Below are positions 33,640 to 42,997 of a stretch of DNA of 64,000 bases, one piece after another. A program made the position numbers and the translations under genes. Under the pieces are notes generated by a model, which made no database searches, was not told the origin of the DNA, and saw only the letters and a program-made list of their open reading frames with translations. Within the stretch, counting starts at the first letter, position 1; each line of letters opens with the position of its first letter. The DNA lies in the sequence record OZ195934.1; one strand, 5' to 3'.

Positions 33640-33654
33640 ACCAATATGCTCTAG

Positions 33655-33809
33655 ATTATTTAATTTGCGTGCTACTTGCACGACGACTGAGCGAATTATA
33701 ACTCAGCTAGTTTTTGTTCGAGAACTCGGCGGCTAAGCCTATTCACTGCTTGTCAGAACTTAGAACTGACCTCATGTTTTCATTGCGTCTAACACGCAAA
33801 TTAAATAAT
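33655..33809 (-). ncRNA. Putative 155-nt RNA closed by a 17-bp perfect stem
   Basis: ATTATTTAATTTGCGTG/CACGCAAATTAAATAAT; internal GTCAG/CTGAC and CTGAG/CTCAG hairpins. Confidence 0.65.
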
Positions 33810-33921
33810 TCTTATCTTCAGTAAAGAGCAGAAACGATAAGACTAGTCTGTTTAATCAATCGTGTTCATCTTCAAGAAGAGGCGAAAACGATGAACTTAG
33901 TTCGCTTAATCAACTGTGTTA

Positions 33922-34046
33922 ATCTTAGCAGCTTTTTCGCTGAAGTCAAACACTTTTTTCAAATTTCTTTCATCGAATCAAGAGTTTGTGTTGCTGTCTC
34001 TCGACTCGATGAAATACATTCTACAGGAAAACAAAGCGAAGTCAAC
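33922..34046 (-). promoter_or_regulatory. Two tandem early promoters heading the ncRNA array
   Basis: TTTGAC-17-TAAGAT (33922-33950) and GTTGAC-17-TAGAAT (34018-34046). Confidence 0.75.
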
Positions 34047-34063
34047 AAGTATTTTCAACTTTT

Positions 34064-34315
34064 TTACGATTGAATGATAATACCGCTTTCCGTCTCACCG
34101 CGCTCAAGAGCTGCGTGCTTAATCTGTAGTTGTGCTACTGCTTGTTGAAGTTCTGTGATCGTCTGATCATATAGCTTCATGTTGCTTTGCATGTGTTTAA
34201 TCTGATCGCTCTGCAAACCAACGATATAGGTAAGCAAGATGATGCTTTCATTATCTTGCAGTTCTTCACCGTCGTTGTATTTCTTCAGAACAGATTGGAT
34301 TGTAATATCAGCCAT
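34064..34315 (-). CDS. Coiled-coil hypothetical protein
   Basis: ORF from MADITIQ. Confidence 0.6.
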   Translation of the reverse strand: MADITIQSVLKKYNDGEELQDNESIILLTYIVGLQSDQIKHMQSNMKLYDQTITELQQAVAQLQIKHAALERGETESGIIIQS

Positions 34316-34763
34316 TGTTTTCAGCCCATGACAAATCGAGTGGTTCAACGTATTCGTCTACAAGTCGAACTTCGGCTTCGACGAACAAGGGAGTGATTGC
34401 ATCGTCATACGAAAGCGTGACGTGCGGAGTATAGTCAGGGTAATCGTGAGTACCACCGATAGAGATAAGGTCTTCATGACGCGCTACAAGCTCAGGACAT
34501 TTCATCTTCGCAACAACTGCGTGATTACCGTCTTGAGTTTTCCAGCAATCGATATACTCAATAGTTGCTACGAATGTCGTATCAACGGCAGGCACATCAA
34601 TTTGATTGCGACTGTATAGAACAGTGACGTGAAATTTATCTGGATCTAAAGGATTTGCTAGACGAAGCGATGTCTGCAAGCGAACTAACTCTTGTTTACT
34701 CGATTCGTCTAGTTTGATACCAACGTACGTCCCCTGACTTTCAAGGAACGTAGATAGTTTCAT
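34308..34763 (-). CDS. acb1: 2H phosphoesterase, T4 57B / anti-CBASS Acb1 family
   Basis: Two HxT motifs (FHVTVLYSR, PHVTLSY); synteny 57B-57A-1-3. Confidence 0.85.
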   Translation of the reverse strand: MKLSTFLESQGTYVGIKLDESSKQELVRLQTSLRLANPLDPDKFHVTVLYSRNQIDVPAVDTTFVATIEYIDCWKTQDGNHAVVAKMKCPELVARHEDLISIGGTHDYPDYTPHVTLSYDDAITPLFVEAEVRLVDEYVEPLDLSWAENNG

Positions 34764-35032
34764 TATTCTGCTTCTTTTTCTTCAGTTGGTTCAGCAGGGC
34801 GTTCAGCCTTGCCAGTAAGAATCGCGATCTCGTCAACGTAGTTTTGAAGAGACGCTGCTTTCTCTTGATCGAAATCAAGTAGCTGTGCAAGTACACCCAC
34901 GAATTGACCGAAAGACTGACGTTCAGCTTGTAGAGTTTCTTGAGTGTCGAATTGACGAACTTTCAGATCTTTTACTTGAGCTTGAAGAGTTTCGATTACT
35001 TGTTCTGGAGTTTGTTGTGACATTCTGTTCAC
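34763..35032 (-). CDS. gp57A: Tail fibre chaperone
   Basis: Coiled coil, LKVRQFDTQE; synteny. Confidence 0.75.
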   Translation of the reverse strand: MNRMSQQTPEQVIETLQAQVKDLKVRQFDTQETLQAERQSFGQFVGVLAQLLDFDQEKAASLQNYVDEIAILTGKAERPAEPTEEKEAE

Positions 35033-35033
35033 C

Positions 35034-35675
35034 TTAAATTTTTAATTGATTAATTTGATCATGTAGCTCAGATAGTGAGCCGTTATTATCTATTTGAATG
35101 GCTTCGAGTATAAACCCAAGCTCTGTGTCGCTAATGTGATTAGATGCCAGTGAACCGTTTCGGTTAACTTGAAGCATTGTCCCATCAAGCTCTTGTACTA
35201 ACGCTAATTCGTTTTCGAATCGCACATCAGTAATTATAAACTTTAAATCTGGTGTATTAAACACCAATTCGTTGTATTTGTTTCTAGCGTAATTGATCCA
35301 GTGCTGTTCGTCTATCGAACGCGCTACATCGGTGCCGGTCATTTGTAGTAAGTCGCGAATACTGAATAGTCCCGTATGCGGTAGCAAGCAAAAGTAGACA
35401 TAATCATAGTCAGCGTCTACGTTGGCGTACTCACAAGCAAGAAGAACGATTTCAACCGCTTCATCAAAAGTGAATGTTGGGATTTCTCTATCGAAGTCAT
35501 CTTGACCATCTATATCAGCATATTCATACCCATAGTCTTGAAGCCCGATAAGCAATCCCTCTTTAATAGGATCAGCAAATTTGTAAATGTAAGTCTGATC
35601 ACTATGGGATTCTTTAATGACGGTTGCTACAGTATCTTTGCCTGAGCGTTTTTGTCCATTTATTCCGATTATCAT
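35034..35675 (-). CDS. gp1: Deoxynucleoside monophosphate kinase
   Basis: IIGINGQKRSGKDT, FADPIK, IITDVRFENE. Confidence 0.92.
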   Translation of the reverse strand: MIIGINGQKRSGKDTVATVIKESHSDQTYIYKFADPIKEGLLIGLQDYGYEYADIDGQDDFDREIPTFTFDEAVEIVLLACEYANVDADYDYVYFCLLPHTGLFSIRDLLQMTGTDVARSIDEQHWINYARNKYNELVFNTPDLKFIITDVRFENELALVQELDGTMLQVNRNGSLASNHISDTELGFILEAIQIDNNGSLSELHDQINQLKI

Positions 35676-35771
35676 AGTGTTACCAGTTTAGTGTTGTTCA
35701 TAAGCTAATTATACGCGCCAATCACCATATTCTAAACAAGTAGCGATTTAGGTTCCTATTCTCTAATACTT

Positions 35772-35840
35772 CTAATATCACTAACTTCACTAAAACTACT
35801 AATACTACTAAGATGATGCGGAATTTTTCCGCCTCGTCCA
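35772..35840. repeat. Copy 1 of a 69-bp long-range inverted repeat (9-bp CTAA iterons plus hairpin)
   Basis: 66/69 identical to reverse complement of 61717-61785. Confidence 0.9.
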
Positions 35841-35890
35841 ATCCTGCCGCTGACGCTCAGACCTAAAAAAGCCCCTGACGGGGCTCTTGA

Positions 35891-36421
35891 TTAAACTATC
35901 GGGCTTATAACAACTTCTTTGCCATCTATCTTGTGTATCATTTCAAAGTAAGCGTATTCAAACTCAACGTCACATGTTACGACTTCAACATCACCTGCTT
36001 CTGTATAGTTCCATTCAACTTGACTTAATGACTTAGGGAACGCATTGATAAAACGATACGTTGCTACAATCTTGTCTTTGTTGTTGTCTAGAATATGAAG
36101 CAGAAGCGTTGATGGAACTTTACCATCGGGATTACTTGGTCCATTCGGATTGTTCATCGTTAACATCCAACGATATAGCTCTGCGTATGTCTTGAGATCT
36201 TCATCGACTAGAAACTGAATCGATAGCGAGTCGTAACTTGTTGCAGACCCTGCAATGTTGTTGTCAGCTAGTTTCGCGTATTTTGGACCTCTTGCGATAC
36301 TAGCAACTTCCATATTGACACCTGGGATAGCGGCAGATTGAATCTGCCACACGAACGTTTCAGTTGCGTTATTATCTGGTATGTCGATTCGGAAGTTATT
36401 CTTCATCGTTACGTTTTTCAT
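35891..36421 (-). CDS. gp3: Tail tube terminator / tail completion protein
   Basis: QSAAIPG, FLVDEDLKTY.ELY.WM, LHILDNNK. Confidence 0.85.
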   Translation of the reverse strand: MKNVTMKNNFRIDIPDNNATETFVWQIQSAAIPGVNMEVASIARGPKYAKLADNNIAGSATSYDSLSIQFLVDEDLKTYAELYRWMLTMNNPNGPSNPDGKVPSTLLLHILDNNKDKIVATYRFINAFPKSLSQVEWNYTEAGDVEVVTCDVEFEYAYFEMIHKIDGKEVVISPIV

Positions 36422-38388
36422 TACTGCGATACCCTCTGTGTAGTTCCGTTGTGTTTAGCACCACCACCAGAAACTAATGGACTTGCAAAGTTCGTTGTTT
36501 TTTGCTGCACTGAACTCACTGCTTGATTGACGATGTTGTTACCAACCGATGCTGCGTTTCTAGCAGCTTCTGCCGCTGCTTTCTGCACTGCAAGGGCTTC
36601 TAGTATCACTGCATTAGAAACCGTCTTAGCGCCCGCTACACCCTCTGTAATCATACGCTGTCTTTCAGCTTCAATTGCTGCTTGTTCAGCCATTTGCTTC
36701 TTCTCAAGTTCCATTGACAAGAAGTTGTCTAGACCTTCCGCTGAAGCTGCTAGTCCGTCAACTGGTTTAGAAAGTGTGTTACCAATGCTCTTGGCACTTT
36801 CAACAACGACTTGTCCCGCTGCTTTTGCACCATCGACTACAGCACTACCCATTTTCCCGATATAATCAGTCTCGTAGTTTGCGTTCAATCGTTCTTTGAT
36901 TGCTGCGCTTTCGCCATCTAAGTTTTCGCGTTTAGCTGTCAACTTGTCTTTGGCTAATGAATCTGGTCTATCGATTCCCGGTATCCAGTCAATCATTTCA
37001 GCAGCCATTTCTTGAACACTTAGCATCATTCGTTCGATTGCGTTCATCAGCAACGCGAATGAATCAGGAATGCTCATGAAACTCGCGATGATCTTGTTCA
37101 AGTTGTTGACAAACATGTTGAACGTGCTCTTAACAAACCCGACTACTTTATCAAACGCGCCGACGATTCCTTCGACTGCTCCCTCTGGAACTGCGTCTTT
37201 GATGTTGTCGCCAACTAATCCGAACCATGCACCGATTCCGTGTATAACGTCGCTGAACCATTGAGATACTAATCCGAATAGCAATTGTCGTTTCTCTGGG
37301 TCCATGAATATAGATTTCAATGCACCGAAAATGCGATCAATCTCTTCTTCGAAGATCTTATAGATACCGTAACCTGCAACAAGACCGACTAGTGCAACTG
37401 GGTTCAATAGAACTGCAATCACGCGTCCAAGCCCGAAGAATATCTGTCTCGCGACTGACTTCATCATTGTCTTAGCTACTTCACCAAATCCCTGCTCGGC
37501 TAAGATTTTAATCATCTTACCACTGCCGCCAGTCAATTTACCAAATCCTGATAGAGCCATTGCAGCGAGTTGTCCTAGTTTGCCGAACTTCGTAGCAGTC
37601 GCAGCCGCAGTTCCCATCGCACTACTGAAAGTCACGATTTGACCGCCAAGCATCATCAAGCCAACGCCGACGATTCTGAACAACTTAGCAATCCATCCAA
37701 GCTGACGACCAGTTAGGTGATTCGCAATACGTTTTAGATCACTTGCTTGATTGCGCTGAACTTTCATGTTCGCTTTATAGCGATGCAATTCAGTTTTACG
37801 GTCACGCGTACGCGAAACTGTTTCATATGCGAAGATCTTCTGATACAATGCGCTTATAAAGCCCACAGTGAGCGGTGAGTTATTACCCCGACCCGATGTT
37901 AGGAAACTATTCAAATCGTCGGCAGTCGTCTTCTGAAGCCCGATTATGCGCTTCATATCGTTCACTCTGAAGATTAGACGCTCGAACCAACGAGTGAATC
38001 CCTCTTGCATACGCATGAATCCGAGTTTAGCCGTCACTTTCATTTCTTGAATGCCGCGATCAATGCGCGACAAATGACCTTTAAAGTCGAGTGTCGTTTT
38101 GATCACATCGGTCAGTGAAATGATCGACGCTCGTAGTTTATTTGATCCTTCTTGGAAGTTCTCGCCAATTCGCTGAAACAGTGATTTTTGCTGAATCGTT
38201 TGCTTTTCATTGACTTTGAAAACAGACTTCATCGTGTCGAGCAATGACGTGGTGCTCACGTCTATATTGGCGACGTGACGAGCCACACGCTGCATCGTGT
38301 AGACTTCTGGTCTGTCTTCTTGTTGTAAAATCACATGATCTAATCGGTTGATTATCTCTTGTAATTTTTTGTTATTATCAGCCGACAT
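36421..38388 (-). CDS. gp29: Tape-measure / baseplate hub gp29-like protein
   Basis: 655-aa helical protein with central hydrophobic segments; position next to gp26/51. Confidence 0.6.
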   Translation of the reverse strand: MSADNNKKLQEIINRLDHVILQQEDRPEVYTMQRVARHVANIDVSTTSLLDTMKSVFKVNEKQTIQQKSLFQRIGENFQEGSNKLRASIISLTDVIKTTLDFKGHLSRIDRGIQEMKVTAKLGFMRMQEGFTRWFERLIFRVNDMKRIIGLQKTTADDLNSFLTSGRGNNSPLTVGFISALYQKIFAYETVSRTRDRKTELHRYKANMKVQRNQASDLKRIANHLTGRQLGWIAKLFRIVGVGLMMLGGQIVTFSSAMGTAAATATKFGKLGQLAAMALSGFGKLTGGSGKMIKILAEQGFGEVAKTMMKSVARQIFFGLGRVIAVLLNPVALVGLVAGYGIYKIFEEEIDRIFGALKSIFMDPEKRQLLFGLVSQWFSDVIHGIGAWFGLVGDNIKDAVPEGAVEGIVGAFDKVVGFVKSTFNMFVNNLNKIIASFMSIPDSFALLMNAIERMMLSVQEMAAEMIDWIPGIDRPDSLAKDKLTAKRENLDGESAAIKERLNANYETDYIGKMGSAVVDGAKAAGQVVVESAKSIGNTLSKPVDGLAASAEGLDNFLSMELEKKQMAEQAAIEAERQRMITEGVAGAKTVSNAVILEALAVQKAAAEAARNAASVGNNIVNQAVSSVQQKTTNFASPLVSGGGAKHNGTTQRVSQ

Positions 38389-38555
38389 TATTGTGCTTCC
38401 TTATTCTTTTCTTGAATATAATGAATTAGCTGTGCGGCGTAGATATCACGCTCGAATAGAACCATCGTTTCAACGTCATGAAGAGAGAAATTGCCATGAG
38501 TGATCATGGCAAAGTTTTCTTTGTAATACTCTTCAAGTGAGTATCCACCGAGCAT
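38388..38555 (-). CDS. gp51: Baseplate hub assembly gp51-like protein (55 aa, absent from ORF track)
   Basis: MLGGYSLEEYYKENFAMITHGNFSLHDVETMVLFERDIY. Confidence 0.7.
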   Translation of the reverse strand: MLGGYSLEEYYKENFAMITHGNFSLHDVETMVLFERDIYAAQLIHYIQEKNKEAQ

Positions 38556-39409
38556 TAGACGAAAAAATCTTCGATTCCTCGTAGTGTTACCTTTTCGCTG
38601 TTACCACACTTAGGGCAAACAACATCAATATGAGTAGTCAGACGCGGAACAGAATCGACGAATGTTTGAACTTTCGTGAATGTGTTTGTGTCAATCTCAC
38701 CCATGATATTGATTAGCATGTTTTGTTGTTCAAGTTCTTCTTTGGTGTATACAACTTCGCCCACGTGAACTTCGTGAATCGATGCTACAGCGATATTGAA
38801 TAAACCCTCAGGTGTATTCGGATCGTTGTTCTCGTATACTTTAATGTTCGGGTGTTTCAGCTTGATTACAACGTTGTCGTTCACTTTAACCGTGTCATCG
38901 CCTTTGAACTTCGGTACGTGCGCTTGATTCAAATCAATGTGCGCGTGAATCTGCGTGCCGCATAGCTCTTTATCGGGCGCGAACACAGCTTCGATTGCTT
39001 CGTCGTCAGACTGATTCACGATTTCTGCGAACAGTTCATCGGCAGACTTCGCAAGCTCTGCTTCTTCTTCTGCGCTGATCTCTGCTAGTTCTTCTTCAGT
39101 TTTCGTTCCTTCTGCACAACAGTTATATGTTGCTTGGATGTTTGTCACACCGTTGCTGTTCATATACATGTGCATGAATAGAAATTCACCATCACCGACT
39201 GTCAGTTCTTCCATTTTGATGTCAGACATGATGCAATTTTCAAGTGCTTGCTCGATTGCGTCAACTTTCTGATCTGACTCGTTCGCGATTAGCAACGCTT
39301 TGTGCTCTTTTGCAAGCATAGCGCGAAGCTTAATCTCTTCACCCGTCGATGGTAGTTTAACTGTGTATTGTGGTGCTGCCAGTACGTTTAAATCAAATGT
39401 TTTAGTCAT
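38555..39409 (-). CDS. gp26: Baseplate hub assembly protein
   Basis: LPSTGEEIKLR...KEHKALL, CPKCG...LRGIEDFF. Confidence 0.85.
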   Translation of the reverse strand: MTKTFDLNVLAAPQYTVKLPSTGEEIKLRAMLAKEHKALLIANESDQKVDAIEQALENCIMSDIKMEELTVGDGEFLFMHMYMNSNGVTNIQATYNCCAEGTKTEEELAEISAEEEAELAKSADELFAEIVNQSDDEAIEAVFAPDKELCGTQIHAHIDLNQAHVPKFKGDDTVKVNDNVVIKLKHPNIKVYENNDPNTPEGLFNIAVASIHEVHVGEVVYTKEELEQQNMLINIMGEIDTNTFTKVQTFVDSVPRLTTHIDVVCPKCGNSEKVTLRGIEDFFV

Positions 39410-39418
39410 GATATTACC

Positions 39419-40159
39419 TTAAAAAAGACCCGTGATTGCTTCTGAGCCCGTATTGTAAATGCTGTTATATGTCTTCTCGAATTCTTGCGAAATCTCTAGT
39501 TGACTTGAAATCTCGTTTTTAATATCTTCGGACAAGTATGTTGCGCTCTCGTACACAAATTCAACTTCGAATTCAGCGATTGCGTTGTTGTTTTCGTAGC
39601 CTAACTGAACGCCACCAACACGCGTCGGGAATGCATTCTTCAAACTAGTCATAGTAACCATGTTCGAGTTGCGGTCATACGTGTAGATTTCAATTGTACG
39701 AGCATAGTTCGCCATGAATCCTACCTGTGCAGTCGCGCTAGTGTAAATCTGTTTGAACCAGCCAAGCATCATTTTACGCTCTGGGTGAGTCGGTGACAGA
39801 TACATTGTCATGGTCACTGTTTCGTCAGTTTTCGATTTGACTATGTGATTTGGCGTGCGTCGAGTCTTATCGACATCAGTTTCGTACGATGACCCCGGGA
39901 TGTTAGTCGATTTCACCATCATTCCGATGTTGCGTTCGTACTCAAACCCCGCGCCGAACAGTTCAATCGTAGACATGAACGCATCTTGAACGCCAACGCC
40001 CTTGACTGAATCAGTCGCAGCGTTGTACATAGTTTCGCCCGTGTTCATAACTTGTTTCGCTGTGTCTTGCAGCGATGCGAAACGCACCGCGTACAAGTTT
40101 TGACGAGCCAAGTCGTTCTTGGTGATTTGCGCCAAGAACTTCTTAACGTCAATGCTCAT
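39419..40159 (-). CDS. gp54: Baseplate-tail tube initiator
   Basis: DLARQNLY, AFPT.V..VQL..ENNN, FEVEF.Y. Confidence 0.75.
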   Translation of the reverse strand: MSIDVKKFLAQITKNDLARQNLYAVRFASLQDTAKQVMNTGETMYNAATDSVKGVGVQDAFMSTIELFGAGFEYERNIGMMVKSTNIPGSSYETDVDKTRRTPNHIVKSKTDETVTMTMYLSPTHPERKMMLGWFKQIYTSATAQVGFMANYARTIEIYTYDRNSNMVTMTSLKNAFPTRVGGVQLGYENNNAIAEFEVEFVYESATYLSEDIKNEISSQLEISQEFEKTYNSIYNTGSEAITGLF

Positions 40160-40161
40160 TT

Positions 40162-40758
40162 TTATCTCCCACGTCTATAACGATCATCGTAAGCACGTAC
40201 AGCAGAAATATTACGACCATTTTTAGCAACGAATTGCTGTAGAGGCATATGAATAACATTGAACCAGTCAGCAGGTTTGACTTCTTCGAGCGAGCCTTTA
40301 ACGCGCTTCAAGATGTACAATTTAACCATGTGTTTACTGAACTTCATGTTCTTCACTCGACCCCAGTCGATAATCAACTTTGTCTTGTTACTTACTGTTT
40401 TCGTGTTCGCGTATCTAAGTATTCTTTCCATGAACTTCTCACGTTCCTTTGGCGGAATGTAGTGTAAGTTCAATCCGAGCATGTATCCCTTGCTAACGCC
40501 TAGACAAACAACGCAAGGGAACTTATCCCAATACGGTAGTTTTGCTTTCGTCTTCGCGTCGTATGCGAATACATACATGTTTCCCTTGTGCGGGACTTGT
40601 ACTTTTTTGCTTCGAATCGCATCATGCACGCGCTTCTTGAACCACGCTATTGATTTGCGCTGATTCTTCGCGACTGGCTGACGACCCATTTCATGCACTT
40701 GTGCTTTGAAACTTTGAAGCAAGCTTTCTTTTTTCTTCGGTGCGCCTGTTTTAGCCAT
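40162..40758 (-). CDS. gp2: DNA end protector
   Basis: FAYDAKTKAKLPYWDKFP, GLNLHYIPP. Confidence 0.92.
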   Translation of the reverse strand: MAKTGAPKKKESLLQSFKAQVHEMGRQPVAKNQRKSIAWFKKRVHDAIRSKKVQVPHKGNMYVFAYDAKTKAKLPYWDKFPCVVCLGVSKGYMLGLNLHYIPPKEREKFMERILRYANTKTVSNKTKLIIDWGRVKNMKFSKHMVKLYILKRVKGSLEEVKPADWFNVIHMPLQQFVAKNGRNISAVRAYDDRYRRGR

Positions 40759-41213
40759 TAGATTCTAAGTCCTATGAGTTTTCTCAAGCCATGCTCAGTG
40801 AGCACTTTAAACTGCCAGCCTTTTTGCTTCGCGAACTTAATCGCAGCAGCCCATTTATCTTGATTGACTTGAAATGTGTATACCTCGTGAATGAGACGCT
40901 TTTTTGCTTTCTCAGTCAGTCGTTGAGGCTTTTCAGGTGGCTGAGTTTCTTTATGAGGCTTAACCTCGAAGATGAACTCGCGACCATCGCTGAACTTCAC
41001 GTAAAAGTCCATAAAATATCTACGTTTTTTACCGCCATCAGCACTGCTCACGTACGGTATAACGATTTCTTCACTGTTCCAACGAACAACGTCAGGGTTG
41101 TTATCGCACCAACGCATGAAAGATAGCTCCCATGAGCTGCGATATTCTATCTTCTGATAGTTGCCTTTGTACTTTTGTTTGTTCGATGGGACGAATTTTC
41201 CAGAATATGCCAT
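40758..41213 (-). CDS. gp4: Head completion nuclease
   Basis: MAYSGKF.P.N..KYKG, YRSSWE, RYFMDF, EVKP. Confidence 0.92.
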   Translation of the reverse strand: MAYSGKFVPSNKQKYKGNYQKIEYRSSWELSFMRWCDNNPDVVRWNSEEIVIPYVSSADGGKKRRYFMDFYVKFSDGREFIFEVKPHKETQPPEKPQRLTEKAKKRLIHEVYTFQVNQDKWAAAIKFAKQKGWQFKVLTEHGLRKLIGLRI

Positions 41214-41281
41214 AAACGTCTCCTTTCTTATATTTAGTGAACTTCTAAATACGAGTATTACACATGAATAGGAGCCGACAT

Positions 41282-42418
41282 ATGTCTTGGATCGGTCTGA
41301 CAGGAAAACAAACAAATACCGCCGAACGAATCTTATCGATGGAATCGGGACCGTCTGGCGGAGTAACAGAAACTAAAGAAATCACAGACGATGAGAAAGA
41401 TGCCAAAGCTCAGGGAAGTAGCAATGTCGCGCTGACATATCCCGCTAATCTTGGTGCAATGGGCGGTCATCCGAACTTCTTTATGTTTCGAGCATACGAC
41501 ATGGCGAGCACTACAAAGCAGCATTACACTGATATGCGTAGCTCGTTCACGTCAAATCAAAGCGAACGCGAAAGTGCAGATAAAATCCCTCAAGAATTGA
41601 TGGCTACCATCGCACTGTACGCACCGAACGTAGTAGAAGAAGTCTCACACGAGTTTGACAAAACGGCAACGTCTGTTTTCTCAGACTTCTTAGCCGATGC
41701 CGCAGCAGCAGTTGGGGCAGATTCAACGCAAGGTAAAGTTGAAGGGGCAGGCAAAGCGATTCGAACTGGTGTTGGTGCGACACTAGCACAAGCAAAACGC
41801 TCGTTCATTCAGCAGAATGCAGCAGCACAATTGGAGAAGAATAGCTCAGTTGTTACCGATAACGTAACAGTTTCTTCGTACAAGGGTACATCACAGCGTC
41901 AACAGACATTAGTGTATATCTTCCACCCGAAATCACTTGATGAATTGAAAACAGTCGGTCAGATTATTAAGACGTTCTACAGTCTTTCGCTTCCGATTAA
42001 AACGAGTATATCAGGTGATGATGTAGTCGGATATGACTCTACGGGTGCCGATGGCGCAGCGGGTTTTGCTAAGTATGCAACTCTTTTGAAAACACCACCA
42101 GTATGGTTGATTGAAGAAGTTTCAGATTCGAGTGCTGACAGATGGACACCTCGTTTCATTTTCGGTCCCGCGGGTATCACGTCAGTGAAATTGAACAGAA
42201 CACCAGATCAATACTGGCGCACGTTCAGAGGCACAGCAGGTGACCCGTCTGGTATTGAAATGGAAATTACGTTTACTGAACTTATTCCGCTTGATCGCGC
42301 TATGTATCTTCGTGATGTTAATAGTAGCATTAACGGGTATCAAGATAACACGGTCACTGCATCAGGTGATAGTGAAGATAGCGGTAGCTTTATCGACGAT
42401 GTTAAGGGGATTTTCTAA
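41282..42418 (+). CDS. gp48: Baseplate tail tube cap
   Basis: FHPKSLDEL, PP.W, FGPAGITSVK, LTFTE; divergent CTAAATA late promoters 41230-41252. Confidence 0.8.
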   Translation: MSWIGLTGKQTNTAERILSMESGPSGGVTETKEITDDEKDAKAQGSSNVALTYPANLGAMGGHPNFFMFRAYDMASTTKQHYTDMRSSFTSNQSERESADKIPQELMATIALYAPNVVEEVSHEFDKTATSVFSDFLADAAAAVGADSTQGKVEGAGKAIRTGVGATLAQAKRSFIQQNAAAQLEKNSSVVTDNVTVSSYKGTSQRQQTLVYIFHPKSLDELKTVGQIIKTFYSLSLPIKTSISGDDVVGYDSTGADGAAGFAKYATLLKTPPVWLIEEVSDSSADRWTPRFIFGPAGITSVKLNRTPDQYWRTFRGTAGDPSGIEMEITFTELIPLDRAMYLRDVNSSINGYQDNTVTASGDSEDSGSFIDDVKGIF

Positions 42419-42996
42419 TGATTTTTTCAATATTCGATAAAACAGAATATGGTGACGTTGAGACAGCCGATATTTTCAAGAACTTGAATTATTACCACAA
42501 GCAATTGATTGGCTCATTCGATGTCATACAATACACAATTGTCGGCGACTTTCGACCAGAACAGATCGCGTATCGTCTATATGGCGATACGTCGCTGTAT
42601 TGGATGATTCTTCTACTAAACGAACGCGTTGATCCGTTCTATGATTGGGTTCAGCCCAATGAAACAGTCGCGGAAAATGCAGAGTATCGCTATCAGTGGA
42701 TTGGTGGCCACGAGCAAGTGCATCATCATGTAGATGAACAAGGGCGTTTGTGGTACGATATGGTAGAAGACCCCGACAACCCGCGAAACTGGTACAATGA
42801 ATTTGACTTCATCAACAACGCGCCTGAAGAGGGGCAAGAAGATCATCGCGAGATTTTATATCACGGTGTCATGATTCCTGTGTCGGTTGATGAATATGAG
42901 TTCAACACAAATGAAAACTCGCGAGTGATCAACATACTATCGAAAGACGATGTTAGTACGTATGTCAGCTCGTTTATGAAATTAGCAGGGGTATAA
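42418..42996 (+). CDS. gp53: Baseplate wedge subunit
   Basis: RPEQIAYRLYGDTSLYWMILLLN...DPFYDW. Confidence 0.9.
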   Translation: MIFSIFDKTEYGDVETADIFKNLNYYHKQLIGSFDVIQYTIVGDFRPEQIAYRLYGDTSLYWMILLLNERVDPFYDWVQPNETVAENAEYRYQWIGGHEQVHHHVDEQGRLWYDMVEDPDNPRNWYNEFDFINNAPEEGQEDHREILYHGVMIPVSVDEYEFNTNENSRVINILSKDDVSTYVSSFMKLAGV

Positions 42997-42997
42997 C

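Noticed and set aside
24894-33809. CRISPR array interpretation of the recurring GCAGCAACC motif
   Set aside because: Copies are short, degenerate and irregularly spaced, with no cas genes.
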